This document shows positions 1 to 8,171 of a DNA stretch of 24,000 bases, piece after piece. The position numbers and the translations under genes were made by a program. The DNA is from Acidimicrobiia bacterium (GTDB lineage: Bacteria; Actinomycetota; Acidimicrobiia; IMCC26256; JAENVU01), in the NCBI GenBank assembly GCA_009694415.1, contig SHUZ01000017.1, forward strand, positions 2,628 to 26,627. The letters run 5' to 3'. Position 1 is the first letter of the stretch; every line of letters begins with the position of its first letter. Below the pieces are notes generated by a model. That model saw only the letters and a list, made by a program, of their open reading frames with translations, did no database searches and was not told where the DNA came from.

Positions 1-164
1 AAACGAGCGCGCTGGCTAGGGTCGGAAAGCGTGTTCCAGGCCGTGTTCAGTTCGGCTTTCGCCGCGGCGTCCAGCTCGGATTCGAGCGCTTCGCGATATG
101 CGTCGCGGATCTCTTCTTTCTCGGCGGTCGGCTGGACGCCAAGAAGTTCGTAGTAGTTGATCAT
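1..164 (-). CDS. J-domain-like protein, N-terminal fragment (gene continues past the left window edge)
   Basis: This gene is absent from the ORF track because it is truncated. Manual reverse translation from the ATG at 164..162 gives [54 protein letters not shown], open to base 1. YYELLGV, EIxxAYR and LSDPxxRA match J-domain helix I, II and III signatures. No HPD tripeptide appears in the visible 54 aa. The ATG overlaps the glyQS stop (TAATG). Confidence 0.5.
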   Translation of the reverse strand, partial: MINYYELLGVQPTAEKEEIRDAYREALESELDAAAKAELNTAWNTLSDPSQRAR

Positions 165-1489
165 TACGTCAAGCGCTCCCTTAGATGTGCAACAAGTTCT
201 TCCACGGCTACGCGTTCCTGACTCATTGAGTCACGCGACCGGACGGTAACAGCGTGGTCATCGATCGTCTCGAAGTCCACAGTTACACAGAACGGGGTTC
301 CTACCTCGTCTTGGCGCCGATATCTGCGCCCGATTGATCCGGCCACATCCACGTCGATCATGAACTCGCCGCGCAACTTGTCGGCTACGCCTTCTGCTGT
401 GGGCACAAGCTTCTCGTTCTTCGAAAGCGCCAGTACGGCCACCTTGATAGGCGCCAGACGCGGGTCGAGACGCAGGACCGTTCGCTTGTCTACCTTGCCA
501 TCAGCGCCCTCGATCTCTTCTTCGTGATACGCAGCAAGCAGGAACGCGAGCGTTGCGCGGTCTGCACCGGCGGCGGGCTCGATCACATGAGGCAGGTAGC
601 GCGAGTCCTGCTCCTGGTCGAAGTAGGACAGGTCCTCACCGGAGAACTCTGAGTGTTGCTTTAGGTCGTAATCGCCGCGGTTGGCTACGCCTTCCAACTC
701 ACCCCAGCCCCACGGATATGCGAACTCCACGTCGGCAGTACCCGTGCTGTAGTGCGATAACTCGTCGGGGTCATGTGGACGCAACCGCAACATGTCCTCT
801 GGGATACCTAGATCGAGGTACCAAGAAAAACGCTCCGCACACCAATATTCGAACCACTTCTGGCTATCGGCAGGCGGCACGAAAAATTCCATCTCCATTT
901 GTTCGAACTCGCGTGTGCGAAAGATGAAGTTGCCCGGCGTGATTTCGTTTCGGAACGACTTGCCAATCTGCGCAATACCAAATGGCGGCTTCTTGCGCGA
1001 AGTCGTCTGCACGTTCGCAAAGTTCACGAAAATTCCCTGCGCTGTTTCTGGGCGCAAGTACGCGACGGAAGCATCGTCTTCAACCGGACCAACAAAGGTT
1101 TTGAACATCAAGTTGAACTGCCGCGCCTCGGTGAAGCTGTCTTTCGATCCGCACTTCGGACAAGCACCGGACTCTGGCAATTGGTCGGCCCTGAATCGTT
1201 CCTTGCACTTGCGACAATCCACCAGAGGGTCAGTGAAAGTGGCAACGTGTCCACTCGCTTCCCAGACTTTTGGAGTCATGAGTATCGAAGAGTCGAGGCC
1301 GACGATGTCGTCGCGCATCTGAACCATCGAGCGCCACCAGGCTTCCTTCACGTTGCGCTTGAGGAGTACCCCGAGCGGCCCGTAATCCCAGGTGGAGCGA
1401 AACCCGCCATAGATCTCGCTCGAAGGGAACACGAGGCCCCGGCGCTTAGCCAGGTTGACAACGCGTTCCATCTGATCAGGGGAAGCCAT
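164..1489 (-). CDS. glyQS: Glycine--tRNA ligase, homodimeric class II type
   Basis: The 441-aa ORF has an N-terminus ([14 protein letters not shown]...WDYGPLG, then WEASGHV..F.DPLVDC) typical of dimeric GlyRS. It has class II core motifs ([16 protein letters not shown]) and a C-terminal anticodon-binding region ([19 protein letters not shown]). Confidence 0.95.
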   Translation of the reverse strand: MASPDQMERVVNLAKRRGLVFPSSEIYGGFRSTWDYGPLGVLLKRNVKEAWWRSMVQMRDDIVGLDSSILMTPKVWEASGHVATFTDPLVDCRKCKERFRADQLPESGACPKCGSKDSFTEARQFNLMFKTFVGPVEDDASVAYLRPETAQGIFVNFANVQTTSRKKPPFGIAQIGKSFRNEITPGNFIFRTREFEQMEMEFFVPPADSQKWFEYWCAERFSWYLDLGIPEDMLRLRPHDPDELSHYSTGTADVEFAYPWGWGELEGVANRGDYDLKQHSEFSGEDLSYFDQEQDSRYLPHVIEPAAGADRATLAFLLAAYHEEEIEGADGKVDKRTVLRLDPRLAPIKVAVLALSKNEKLVPTAEGVADKLRGEFMIDVDVAGSIGRRYRRQDEVGTPFCVTVDFETIDDHAVTVRSRDSMSQERVAVEELVAHLRERLT

Positions 1490-1515
1490 AGAAGGAGCCA
1501 GGCTAGCGGGAGGAG

Positions 1516-2238
1516 TTAGAGAAGGGCGGCGCTTCTGATGCGGCGGTCGCTTTGGTACTCCAGCGCTGCCACGCCGAGTCGCTCGACCTCATACACAACA
1601 TCGATCGACGGTGGCGCAACCATCGCCTTGTGTAACTCGCCGCCCACCAGCTGACCCATGAAGTCCAACGCTTCTTGCGAGATGCGTCGCCCGCCTAAAC
1701 GCCCACACGTCTCGCACAACACTCCACCGTCGGCAAGGTCAAATGCCACGAACGGGCCATCAACATTCGAACACCGCACACATCCGCCAATGTGCGGATG
1801 GAAACCCTCAAGGCTCAGCAACTTCCAAAAGAACCCTGGGGTTATAACCGGCGAAGGAGTCTCGGTGAGCGTGCGCAACGCACCGGTCAACAAGCGATAC
1901 AACTCGACACACGGCTCACGCTCCTGAGCTACCTGATCAATCGCTTCAAGCATCGAGACCGCGTGCGTGAGCGACGTGTAGTTCTCACGCAGGCGTCGAT
2001 GCGCCTCAATCGTTTCAACCTGCGTGACCACATCGAGATCTCGCCCTCGATAGCACTGCAGCACAACATGGCTCGTCTGTTCTAGGCGCGCGCCAAACCT
2101 GCTCCCACTCTTACGTACGCCCTTTGCTACCGCCCGTACCTTGCCATTGTCTTGGGTCAGGAACGTGATGATGCGGTCTGCCTCGCCCAACTTGACGGTA
2201 CGCAGCACCACTCCCTGATCGCGATACAGCCCCGGCAC
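1516..2238 (-). CDS. recO: DNA repair protein RecO
   Basis: The 240-aa ORF starts at GTG. The N-terminal OB-fold signature is [25 protein letters not shown]. The C-terminal zinc-finger pattern is CVRC...x...CETC. Confidence 0.9.
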   Translation of the reverse strand: MPGLYRDQGVVLRTVKLGEADRIITFLTQDNGKVRAVAKGVRKSGSRFGARLEQTSHVVLQCYRGRDLDVVTQVETIEAHRRLRENYTSLTHAVSMLEAIDQVAQEREPCVELYRLLTGALRTLTETPSPVITPGFFWKLLSLEGFHPHIGGCVRCSNVDGPFVAFDLADGGVLCETCGRLGGRRISQEALDFMGQLVGGELHKAMVAPPSIDVVYEVERLGVAALEYQSDRRIRSAALL

Positions 2239-2248
2239 ACGGCCATCC

Positions 2249-2276
2249 TAACTACAAGCCTGCAACTACAAGCCTG
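2249..2276. repeat. Two tandem copies of a 14-nt unit (TAACTACAAGCCTG / CAACTACAAGCCTG) in the uppS-recO intergenic spacer
   Basis: Read directly from the sequence. The 13-nt core AACTACAAGCCTG occurs at 2250-2262 and again at 2264-2276. The second copy runs into TGTAGT (2275-2280), which is the reverse complement of ACTACA (2265-2270 and 2251-2256). Confidence 0.85.
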
Positions 2277-2314
2277 TAGTCCTCACCGGGAACCCAACTC
2301 GCTGGCAACAGCCG

Positions 2315-3067
2315 CTACAGCGCATCTCCCTCCCCCACCGTTCCAAACCGTCGTTCGCGCTGCTGGTACTCGCGAACAGCATCCCAAAGGTTGTCCCGAC
2401 GGAAGTCAGGCCACAACACATCGGTAAAAACAAACTCGGAATATGCGGTCTCCCACAGCAAGTAGTTGGAAACCCGAAACTCTCCCGACGTGCGAACGAC
2501 CAGATCTGGGTCTGGCATGTCGGGCGCATAGAGATGACGGCCGATCGTCTTCTCGTCGATCTTGTCAGGGCGGAGTCTCCCGGCATCCACCTCCCGAGCA
2601 ATCGCTCTCACGGCATCGGCCAACTCAGCACGACCGCCATAGTTGAATGCGAAAGTCAAGGTCATTCGCCTGTTATTCGCCGTAAGCGCCTCGGTGTCCT
2701 CGATGTGTTTAACAACTCGCTTTGGTACCCTTCCTGTCCTTCTGCCAATGAAGCGGACCCGAACACCGCGTTCGTTGAGGTCATCGCGGCGGCGCAACAA
2801 CAGCGACTCGTTGAACCTCATAAGGAAACGCACTTCATCTAACGGGCGCCGCCAGTTCTCCGTGGAAAATGCGTACACGGTCATCCATCGAAGGCCCATC
2901 TCGAGCGCGCCTTCTACAGCATCAAACAACGCCTCCTCGCCCGCGGCATGCCCCTCTGTCCTTTTTAGGCCACGCCGTTGCGCCCATCGGCCGTTGCCAT
3001 CCATCACGATCGCGACGTGACGCGGCACTCGCGATGGATCTATTCCAGAAATCTTTTGCGGTGCCAC
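2315..3067 (-). CDS. uppS: Isoprenyl transferase / undecaprenyl-diphosphate synthase (cis-prenyltransferase)
   Basis: Signature motifs are present: HVAIVMDGNGRWA, YAFSTENWRRP and RTSGEFRVSNYLLWE. The ORF track starts at 3142, but that would overlap the upstream cupredoxin gene by 61 nt. An in-frame GTG at 3067 is preceded by AGGAG and lies 14 nt after the upstream stop, so I prefer it. The exact start remains uncertain. Confidence 0.9.
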   Translation of the reverse strand: MAPQKISGIDPSRVPRHVAIVMDGNGRWAQRRGLKRTEGHAAGEEALFDAVEGALEMGLRWMTVYAFSTENWRRPLDEVRFLMRFNESLLLRRRDDLNERGVRVRFIGRRTGRVPKRVVKHIEDTEALTANNRRMTLTFAFNYGGRAELADAVRAIAREVDAGRLRPDKIDEKTIGRHLYAPDMPDPDLVVRTSGEFRVSNYLLWETAYSEFVFTDVLWPDFRRDNLWDAVREYQQRERRFGTVGEGDAL

Positions 3068-3081
3068 GTTCGACGCGACTC

Positions 3082-3483
3082 CTACTTGGCGACGGTCAAG
3101 GTGCCCTTCATCCCGGCCTCGGCGTGGCCAGGGACGGTGCAATAGAACTCGTATTTCTTCGGTGAGAGTTGCACCTTGGACACGTCGGTGTCACCGGCAC
3201 CAGTCACCTCTAACTCGAATAACGGAATGCCTCGAATCACAAAAGTGTGGTAGCCGCTTTCAGTGTTCTTAAGGTCAATCGCCAAAATCCCAGCGGGTGC
3301 TTCGATGTCATCGGGCTTGAACCACAAGTTGCCCGCTTCAATATCCAGGGTCTCGACGGCGGGTCCCGCCGGTTCAACGTATGCAGGCTTGTCGCCGGAA
3401 CCTCCACCGCAACCTGCGAGGGCAACGCTCGCGGCCGCAAGCGCGACCGAACCCCGCAACACCCGACACAACCACATAATCAT
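3082..3483 (-). CDS. Type-1 (blue) copper cupredoxin, predicted lipoprotein
   Basis: The 133-aa ORF begins with a signal peptide that has a lipobox (VALAGC, Cys25). A full T1 copper ligand set is present: His79 (GYHTF) and Cys115-x4-His120-x4-Met125 (YCTVPGHAEAGMKGTLTV). The ATG overlaps the upstream stop (ATGA). Confidence 0.85.
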   Translation of the reverse strand: MIMWLCRVLRGSVALAAASVALAGCGGGSGDKPAYVEPAGPAVETLDIEAGNLWFKPDDIEAPAGILAIDLKNTESGYHTFVIRGIPLFELEVTGAGDTDVSKVQLSPKKYEFYCTVPGHAEAGMKGTLTVAK

Positions 3484-4295
3484 TGGCCGGACTCGACACC
3501 GGACTGCTGTGCTGGATCAATCTCGGAGGAGCCTGCGACCGTGGTCGGAACCGTCTCGCCAGCGGGCGTCGAAGAACTTGGCGTGGCGGTTCCCGGTTCT
3601 GTGGTTTCCACCGCCGCTCCAACGGTCACAGTCGCTTCCATTCCAGCCTCACGGTGGCCCGCGATGCCGCAATAGATCGTGTACTTCTTGCCCGGCACCA
3701 GGTCGGCCTTGAGTTTCTTGAGGCCTGTCGGGACCGCTAGTTCGAATCCTTCGAACGCGCTTTCAAATAGCAACGTATGCGAGCCACCCTTGTTCGTATA
3801 CGCGATCAGGTTCACGCCGCCGGGTACATCGAAATTGGAGCTTTGGAAAATCAGCGTCGGCAACGCCTCGACTGTAAGCGTGTTCACTGCCGCAGCTGCC
3901 GGCTCTACGTAACCCCTTGCAGTCTCACCGTCTGGCTCACTCGCCCCCAGCACCAATGAGCCAGCTAGAAGCACGCCAACCATTGCCACACCGAGGGTAA
4001 TGAACAAAGAGGAAGTTCGTATATCGGGGAATGCAGCCAAGATCGTGGCGCCAGCAATTATCGCAATCGTAAGTCCGGCACCAATAAACACCGCTGGTGT
4101 CGCGGAGTGCTCAGATGAGGCGATAAAAATCCGTGAGATGTTGATCGTCAGGAACGCAACGGTCAGGATCGCTCCGACCGGAAGTAGGAACGGTAGCCAT
4201 AACCGACTCTTGCGCCGCTCGGCCCTTCGCGCTTGTTCGACGGACGAAGGCGTCGCGTCGCTCTCGTTGCGTTCCAATTGTTCGGTGTGGGTCAT
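3480..4295 (-). CDS. Membrane-anchored type-1 cupredoxin: three N-terminal TM helices, a cupredoxin domain and a Thr/Pro/Ser-rich C-terminal tail
   Basis: The 271-aa ORF starts with a basic N-terminus (RRAERRKSR), followed by three hydrophobic helices (about aa 32-57, 65-89 and 95-118). The cupredoxin domain has His173 (GSHTL) and Cys209-x4-His214-x4-Met219 (YCGIAGHREAGMEATVTV). The domain begins YVEPAAAAVNTL, which parallels YVEPAGPAVETL in the downstream paralogue. Its ATG directly abuts the ctaG stop (TAGATG). Confidence 0.8.
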   Translation of the reverse strand: MTHTEQLERNESDATPSSVEQARRAERRKSRLWLPFLLPVGAILTVAFLTINISRIFIASSEHSATPAVFIGAGLTIAIIAGATILAAFPDIRTSSLFITLGVAMVGVLLAGSLVLGASEPDGETARGYVEPAAAAVNTLTVEALPTLIFQSSNFDVPGGVNLIAYTNKGGSHTLLFESAFEGFELAVPTGLKKLKADLVPGKKYTIYCGIAGHREAGMEATVTVGAAVETTEPGTATPSSSTPAGETVPTTVAGSSEIDPAQQSGVESGQ

Positions 4296-5150
4296 CTAGG
4301 TCCTCAGTTCAAGTTCGCTTTGATCCCAATCCGGGTCCCTAAGTTCTGGACCGGGCCGGTTCTTGTGTTCCTCTGCTGCAGCCCAGCGAAAGAATATGAC
4401 GGCGATCACGGCCCAGAGCATCAATCCGGCACCAATCTTCATAATTAGGCCAGCAATCCTCTGGTCTGTGAGGGCCGAGATACCCCAAAGCTTGGGCATC
4501 GACTCGTAGCGACGATACAGCGGGTGACTCCCATAGGCGAGAAACGTGGCAGGGATAGTTGGCAGAACTGACTGCAGAAACAGATACGCCATCGCGGCCA
4601 GGGGTACCAGCCGCGGAATCTCGGGGAGCGGTGAGCAGATCGGCATCCAGACGATCAGCGAAGCGATTATGAGTAGCGAGTGCGCAAGGAAATGCGCCAG
4701 GCCACTTCTCAACGTGAGGTCGACAAATGCTGGCCAGTGCATCACAGCGAGCACGACATTGAACACAATGACCGCTGGCACAAACCGCGATAGGTACCGC
4801 ACCACTGCGAAAAGTTTGGGTGGCCTCAGGATCCACCGTGCTAGCCACGCCGGTGTGCCGAGAAGCACTAGAGGAGCGACAACCATCGAATACGTCAAGT
4901 GTTGAACCATGTGCACTGAATAGAGGTAGCCCTCAGCCAAGTCGTGCGCGGGCCAATAAGACGCCAGCAAGAAGGCAACCATCCCAAGGCTGAAACAAGT
5001 GACCTGAAAACGACTTGCGACTTTTTCACCCGGGCCAACGAAACGGGGCCCAAGGCGCGTCAATGCGATCGCATAACCGGCAACCAACAGTCCGACTACG
5101 AGCAACACATCTGGATGCGCTTGGAACGCCGGAAAAGCTGTGGCAGACAT
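4296..5150 (-). CDS. ctaG: Cytochrome c oxidase assembly factor CtaG (Bacillus caa3-type, polytopic membrane protein)
   Basis: The 284-aa ORF is multi-TM with a HMVQHL motif. Its overall hydrophobic pattern and its position immediately after ctaCDEF match Bacillus ctaG. The family call is from memory of the family, not from a search. Confidence 0.75.
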   Translation of the reverse strand: MSATAFPAFQAHPDVLLVVGLLVAGYAIALTRLGPRFVGPGEKVASRFQVTCFSLGMVAFLLASYWPAHDLAEGYLYSVHMVQHLTYSMVVAPLVLLGTPAWLARWILRPPKLFAVVRYLSRFVPAVIVFNVVLAVMHWPAFVDLTLRSGLAHFLAHSLLIIASLIVWMPICSPLPEIPRLVPLAAMAYLFLQSVLPTIPATFLAYGSHPLYRRYESMPKLWGISALTDQRIAGLIMKIGAGLMLWAVIAVIFFRWAAAEEHKNRPGPELRDPDWDQSELELRT

Positions 5151-5168
5151 TGCGATGACCTAGCCAGT

Positions 5169-5594
5169 TCAGCTGAAGACGTGCAGCGTCGACAAAACGA
5201 TCGTGTAAAGGAGAATGGCACCGATACCGCCCATGATGAAAAACCGGCGGAAGATCGTTTGGTCTGTACGCAGGTGCATGTACCAACTGGCCACAATCAC
5301 AAACTTGACGAAGGCCATGACGAGAAGAACGGTGATGATGAGACCGGAGGGCACTGAGCCTTCTAAGTAGTACATGCCCACTTCGGCAGCGGTAAGCACG
5401 CACAAAATGACGGCGATGACCACGTATTGAAATGGCGAAGGGTGCTTTAGCAACTCGCCCGGCAGCAGCGCTACTGCTGACGCAGGGATGGCGGACAGGC
5501 CGTGTGCCTCTTCGGCGGCCCGTTCCTCGGGAGTACCCGGCAGCAAGCTCGGATCGTCGGCCTCTGTAATCGTGGAAATGTCGTTATCGCTCAT
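5169..5594 (-). CDS. ctaF: Cytochrome c oxidase subunit IV (prokaryotic CtaF/COX4_pro type) with an acidic N-terminal extension
   Basis: The C-terminal 90 aa form three TM helices, with the HPSPFQYVVIAVILCVLTAAEV and WYMHL motifs typical of small subunit IV. The ATG at 5594 is preceded by AGGAGG four nt upstream and lies just after the ctaE stop. The ORF-track start at 5666 would overlap ctaE by 64 nt. Confidence 0.75.
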   Translation of the reverse strand: MSDNDISTITEADDPSLLPGTPEERAAEEAHGLSAIPASAVALLPGELLKHPSPFQYVVIAVILCVLTAAEVGMYYLEGSVPSGLIITVLLVMAFVKFVIVASWYMHLRTDQTIFRRFFIMGGIGAILLYTIVLSTLHVFS

Positions 5595-5602
5595 GCGCCC
5601 TC

Positions 5603-6235
5603 CTATTTGGGGATGAGGTAGACGACGGTGAAGATAACGATCCATACAACGTCGACGAAGTGCCAATAAAGACCTGCGATCTCGACCCGCTCAGAGTTTT
5701 GAACATGCAACTTGTTTTGCATCGACATGCCCCACAGTGTGAGCAGCCAGATGATTCCCGCAGTTACGTGGGCCCCATGTAGACCCGTGAGTACGAAGAA
5801 ACTCGATCCGAACACATTCTCCGAAAGCGACAGTCCCTCTCGGTAGAACTCGGTGAACTCATAGATCTGGCCACCGATGAACACTGTGCCGAACAAAGCC
5901 GTAGCGAAGAGCCAGATCCGAAACCGGCGATGATCGCCGCGCTGGATGGATGCGAGAGCCAAGACCATCGTCAAGGAACTCATGAGCAAAATGAAGGACG
6001 TGACCGATGTGAAGGGAATGTTGTAAACGTCGTGCGGCGTCGGCCCCGAAACAATGCGGCCCTTGTACAACAAATAAGCGGCGATGAAACCGCCGAAGAA
6101 CAAACACTCGGAGGACAAGAACACCCACATACCGAGCTTCGCGTTCGTCGCACCTGTGTTCGTATCAGCGTGTCCGTGGATGCTGATCTCGGACTCGAGC
6201 GCGTGTGCGAGATCTGGAAGGGTCGTCTCAGACAT
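5603..6235 (-). CDS. ctaE: Cytochrome c oxidase subunit III
   Basis: The 210-aa ORF is hydrophobic. Typical subunit III motifs are present: FFVLTGLHGAHVTAG and YWHFVDVVWI. Confidence 0.9.
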   Translation of the reverse strand: MSETTLPDLAHALESEISIHGHADTNTGATNAKLGMWVFLSSECLFFGGFIAAYLLYKGRIVSGPTPHDVYNIPFTSVTSFILLMSSLTMVLALASIQRGDHRRFRIWLFATALFGTVFIGGQIYEFTEFYREGLSLSENVFGSSFFVLTGLHGAHVTAGIIWLLTLWGMSMQNKLHVQNSERVEIAGLYWHFVDVVWIVIFTVVYLIPK

Positions 6236-6238
6236 CGA

Positions 6239-8152
6239 TCAATGCTCCTCCGTGCCTGGCTCAATAGCCCAGGCATAGATTCCGAACAACAGCAACAGCA
6301 CTCCAGGGATGACCAGGAGAGGCTCCTTGAAGACCGCCGCATACGCGAGCACTGGCATTCCGAGGGTGACAACAAGTGGGTAGTACGAAGGCGACGGCAG
6401 ATGAATGTCGTGCCCGTCTACCCGTTCTTCGACTGCGCCCTTGTAATCCGCGCTATCCGACGGCCTAAGCACTAGACGGCCTTGATCGTCTTCGGTGTAC
6501 TTGCGGTGCCAGAAGTCGTCCCGCGCCTTTACTTGGGGAACCTTTGCGAAGTTGTACTCCGGTACCGGTGAAGGGATCGACCACTCGAGAGTACGGGCGT
6601 CCCACGGGTCTTCGGGTGCAACCTCTCCCTTCACGGTTGTAACGATCACGTTGACAAGGAACACAGCTACGGACAGAGCGATTATGAATCCACCGACCGT
6701 TACCAAGAGGTTGAGTTTGTCCCAACCCATATTGGATGCATAGGTGTACGTACGACGCGGCTGCCCCTGCAGTCCCAGGAAATGCATCGGGAAGAAGGTC
6801 ATGTTGAACCCGATCAACATAAACCAGAACGTGATCTTGCCCATCTTCTCGTTGAGCATCTTTCCGAACACCTTGGGCCACCAGTATGCGAAGCCACCAA
6901 AGATCGCGAACACCAATCCACCGAAGAGCACGTAGTGGAAGTGAGCAACCACGTAATAGGTGTCGGTCTGTTGTGTATCGGCTGGAACGATGGCGTGCGT
7001 CACGCCGGAAAGTCCACCGAGGGTAAACATCGCGATGAAACCCAATGCAAACAACATTGGCGTTTTCAATCGCACTGACCCTCCCCACACAGTGCCAAGC
7101 CAGTTGAAGATCTTCACGCCGGTCGGGATGGCAATGAGCAACGTTGCGAGGCTGAAAGCCGAAACAGCTACCGGTCCAAGACCCGTTGCGAACATGTGGT
7201 GAGCCCAAACTCCCCATCCGAGGAAGCCAATCGCTATTCCGGAAAACACAATCACCGAGTATCCGAAAAGTGGTTTGCGCGCAAATACCGGCAGGATCTC
7301 CGAAACGATTCCCATCCCGGGCAAGATCAAGATGTACACCTCTGGATGACCAAACAACCAGAAGAGATGCTGATAAAGCAGCGGATCACCGCCTTGCGCC
7401 GCGACAAAGAAGTTCGTCGAGAAGTTGCGGTCGAAGAAGACCATGATGAGAGCGGCAGTAACGCAGGGAATAGCAAACACAGTCAGGAACGCAACGACCA
7501 GCATCATCCACACGAACACCGGCATGCGCATGAGAGTCATGCCGGGGGCTCGCATGTTGATAATCGTGATGACGAAGTTCAAACCCGAAGTGACCGACCC
7601 GACCCCGAGCATGATCAAACCGATAGTCCAGAAGTCTGGACCGCGGCCAGGCAAAAAGCCTGCGTCCATCGGTGCACTCGTTAGCGGTGTGTATCCGAAC
7701 CATCCCCCATTGGGCGCTCCTCCTAGGAAGAAACCCGAGTACAGGAAGAGCCCTCCGAATAGAAAGACCCAGAATCCGAACATATTGAGGCGCGGGAATG
7801 CGACATCGCGCGCTCCGATCTGGAGTGGAATCAGATAGTTACCGAACGCAACGGCGAGGGGCATGCCTACGAGGAAAACCATCGTTGTGCCGTGCATTGT
7901 AAACAGCGTGTTGTACTGCGAAGCGGTGAGTACCGAACCGTTAGGACCCGCAAGCTGAAGTCGAATCAACAAAGCTTCAATGCCCGCGATCACAAAAAAG
8001 ATCAGTGCTGTCGCCCCGTAGAGGATCGCGATCTTTTTGTGATCGACGGTCGTGAACCACGACCAAACGCCGGTTGTCTCCTTGGGACGGCGCAGCACGC
8101 TTTGCCGTGGCTCTTCAGGCGCGACGATAACTTTTTCGATCGTGGTCGTCAT
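6239..8152 (-). CDS. ctaD: Cytochrome c oxidase subunit I (A-type haem-copper oxidase) with a two-helix C-terminal extension
   Basis: The 637-aa ORF carries the haem and CuB ligand motifs: FTMHGTTMVF, WLFGHPEVYILILP, WAHHMFATG and VAHFHYVLFGG. After HLPSPSYYP there are two additional hydrophobic helices (aa ~590-630). Confidence 0.97.
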   Translation of the reverse strand: MTTTIEKVIVAPEEPRQSVLRRPKETTGVWSWFTTVDHKKIAILYGATALIFFVIAGIEALLIRLQLAGPNGSVLTASQYNTLFTMHGTTMVFLVGMPLAVAFGNYLIPLQIGARDVAFPRLNMFGFWVFLFGGLFLYSGFFLGGAPNGGWFGYTPLTSAPMDAGFLPGRGPDFWTIGLIMLGVGSVTSGLNFVITIINMRAPGMTLMRMPVFVWMMLVVAFLTVFAIPCVTAALIMVFFDRNFSTNFFVAAQGGDPLLYQHLFWLFGHPEVYILILPGMGIVSEILPVFARKPLFGYSVIVFSGIAIGFLGWGVWAHHMFATGLGPVAVSAFSLATLLIAIPTGVKIFNWLGTVWGGSVRLKTPMLFALGFIAMFTLGGLSGVTHAIVPADTQQTDTYYVVAHFHYVLFGGLVFAIFGGFAYWWPKVFGKMLNEKMGKITFWFMLIGFNMTFFPMHFLGLQGQPRRTYTYASNMGWDKLNLLVTVGGFIIALSVAVFLVNVIVTTVKGEVAPEDPWDARTLEWSIPSPVPEYNFAKVPQVKARDDFWHRKYTEDDQGRLVLRPSDSADYKGAVEERVDGHDIHLPSPSYYPLVVTLGMPVLAYAAVFKEPLLVIPGVLLLLFGIYAWAIEPGTEEH

Positions 8153-8171
8153 GGACGAACTTTCCGAGTCA

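Noticed and set aside
553-1519. Three plus-strand ORFs (553-927, 792-1322, 899-1519; up to 206 aa) lie antisense to glyQS.
   Set aside because: Their composition is Arg/Ser/Pro-rich, they have no recognisable motifs, and they sit entirely inside a very well-supported GlyRS gene on the other strand. They are typical shadow ORFs of GC-rich DNA.
3068-3142. A longer uppS start at 3142, as given in the ORF track.
   Set aside because: It would overlap the cupredoxin gene by 61 nt and add an Arg-rich, non-conserved N-terminus. The GTG at 3067 has an upstream AGGAG and I prefer it, though this is not proven.
3082-4295. Calling the cupredoxins rusticyanin and inferring iron oxidation.
   Set aside because: Only the Cys-x4-His-x4-Met loop spacing and the position after oxidase genes are shared. 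No outer-membrane cytochrome (Cyc2-like) or other iron-oxidation gene is present, and the same spacing occurs in auracyanins. This would be an over-interpretation.
5595-5666. A longer ctaF start at 5666, as given in the ORF track.
   Set aside because: It would overlap ctaE by 64 nt and add an Arg-rich peptide (MALRRRCMDRYLHRRLPHPQIGGR). The ATG at 5594 has an AGGAGG just upstream and sits right after the ctaE stop.
6465-7217. A 250-aa same-strand alternative-frame ORF lies inside ctaD. Several plus-strand ORFs also lie across ctaD and ctaE (e.g. 5930-6475 and 7196-7684).
   Set aside because: The ctaD and ctaE frames carry all canonical haem and copper ligand motifs. The alternative frames are Arg/Gly/His-rich with no domain signatures.
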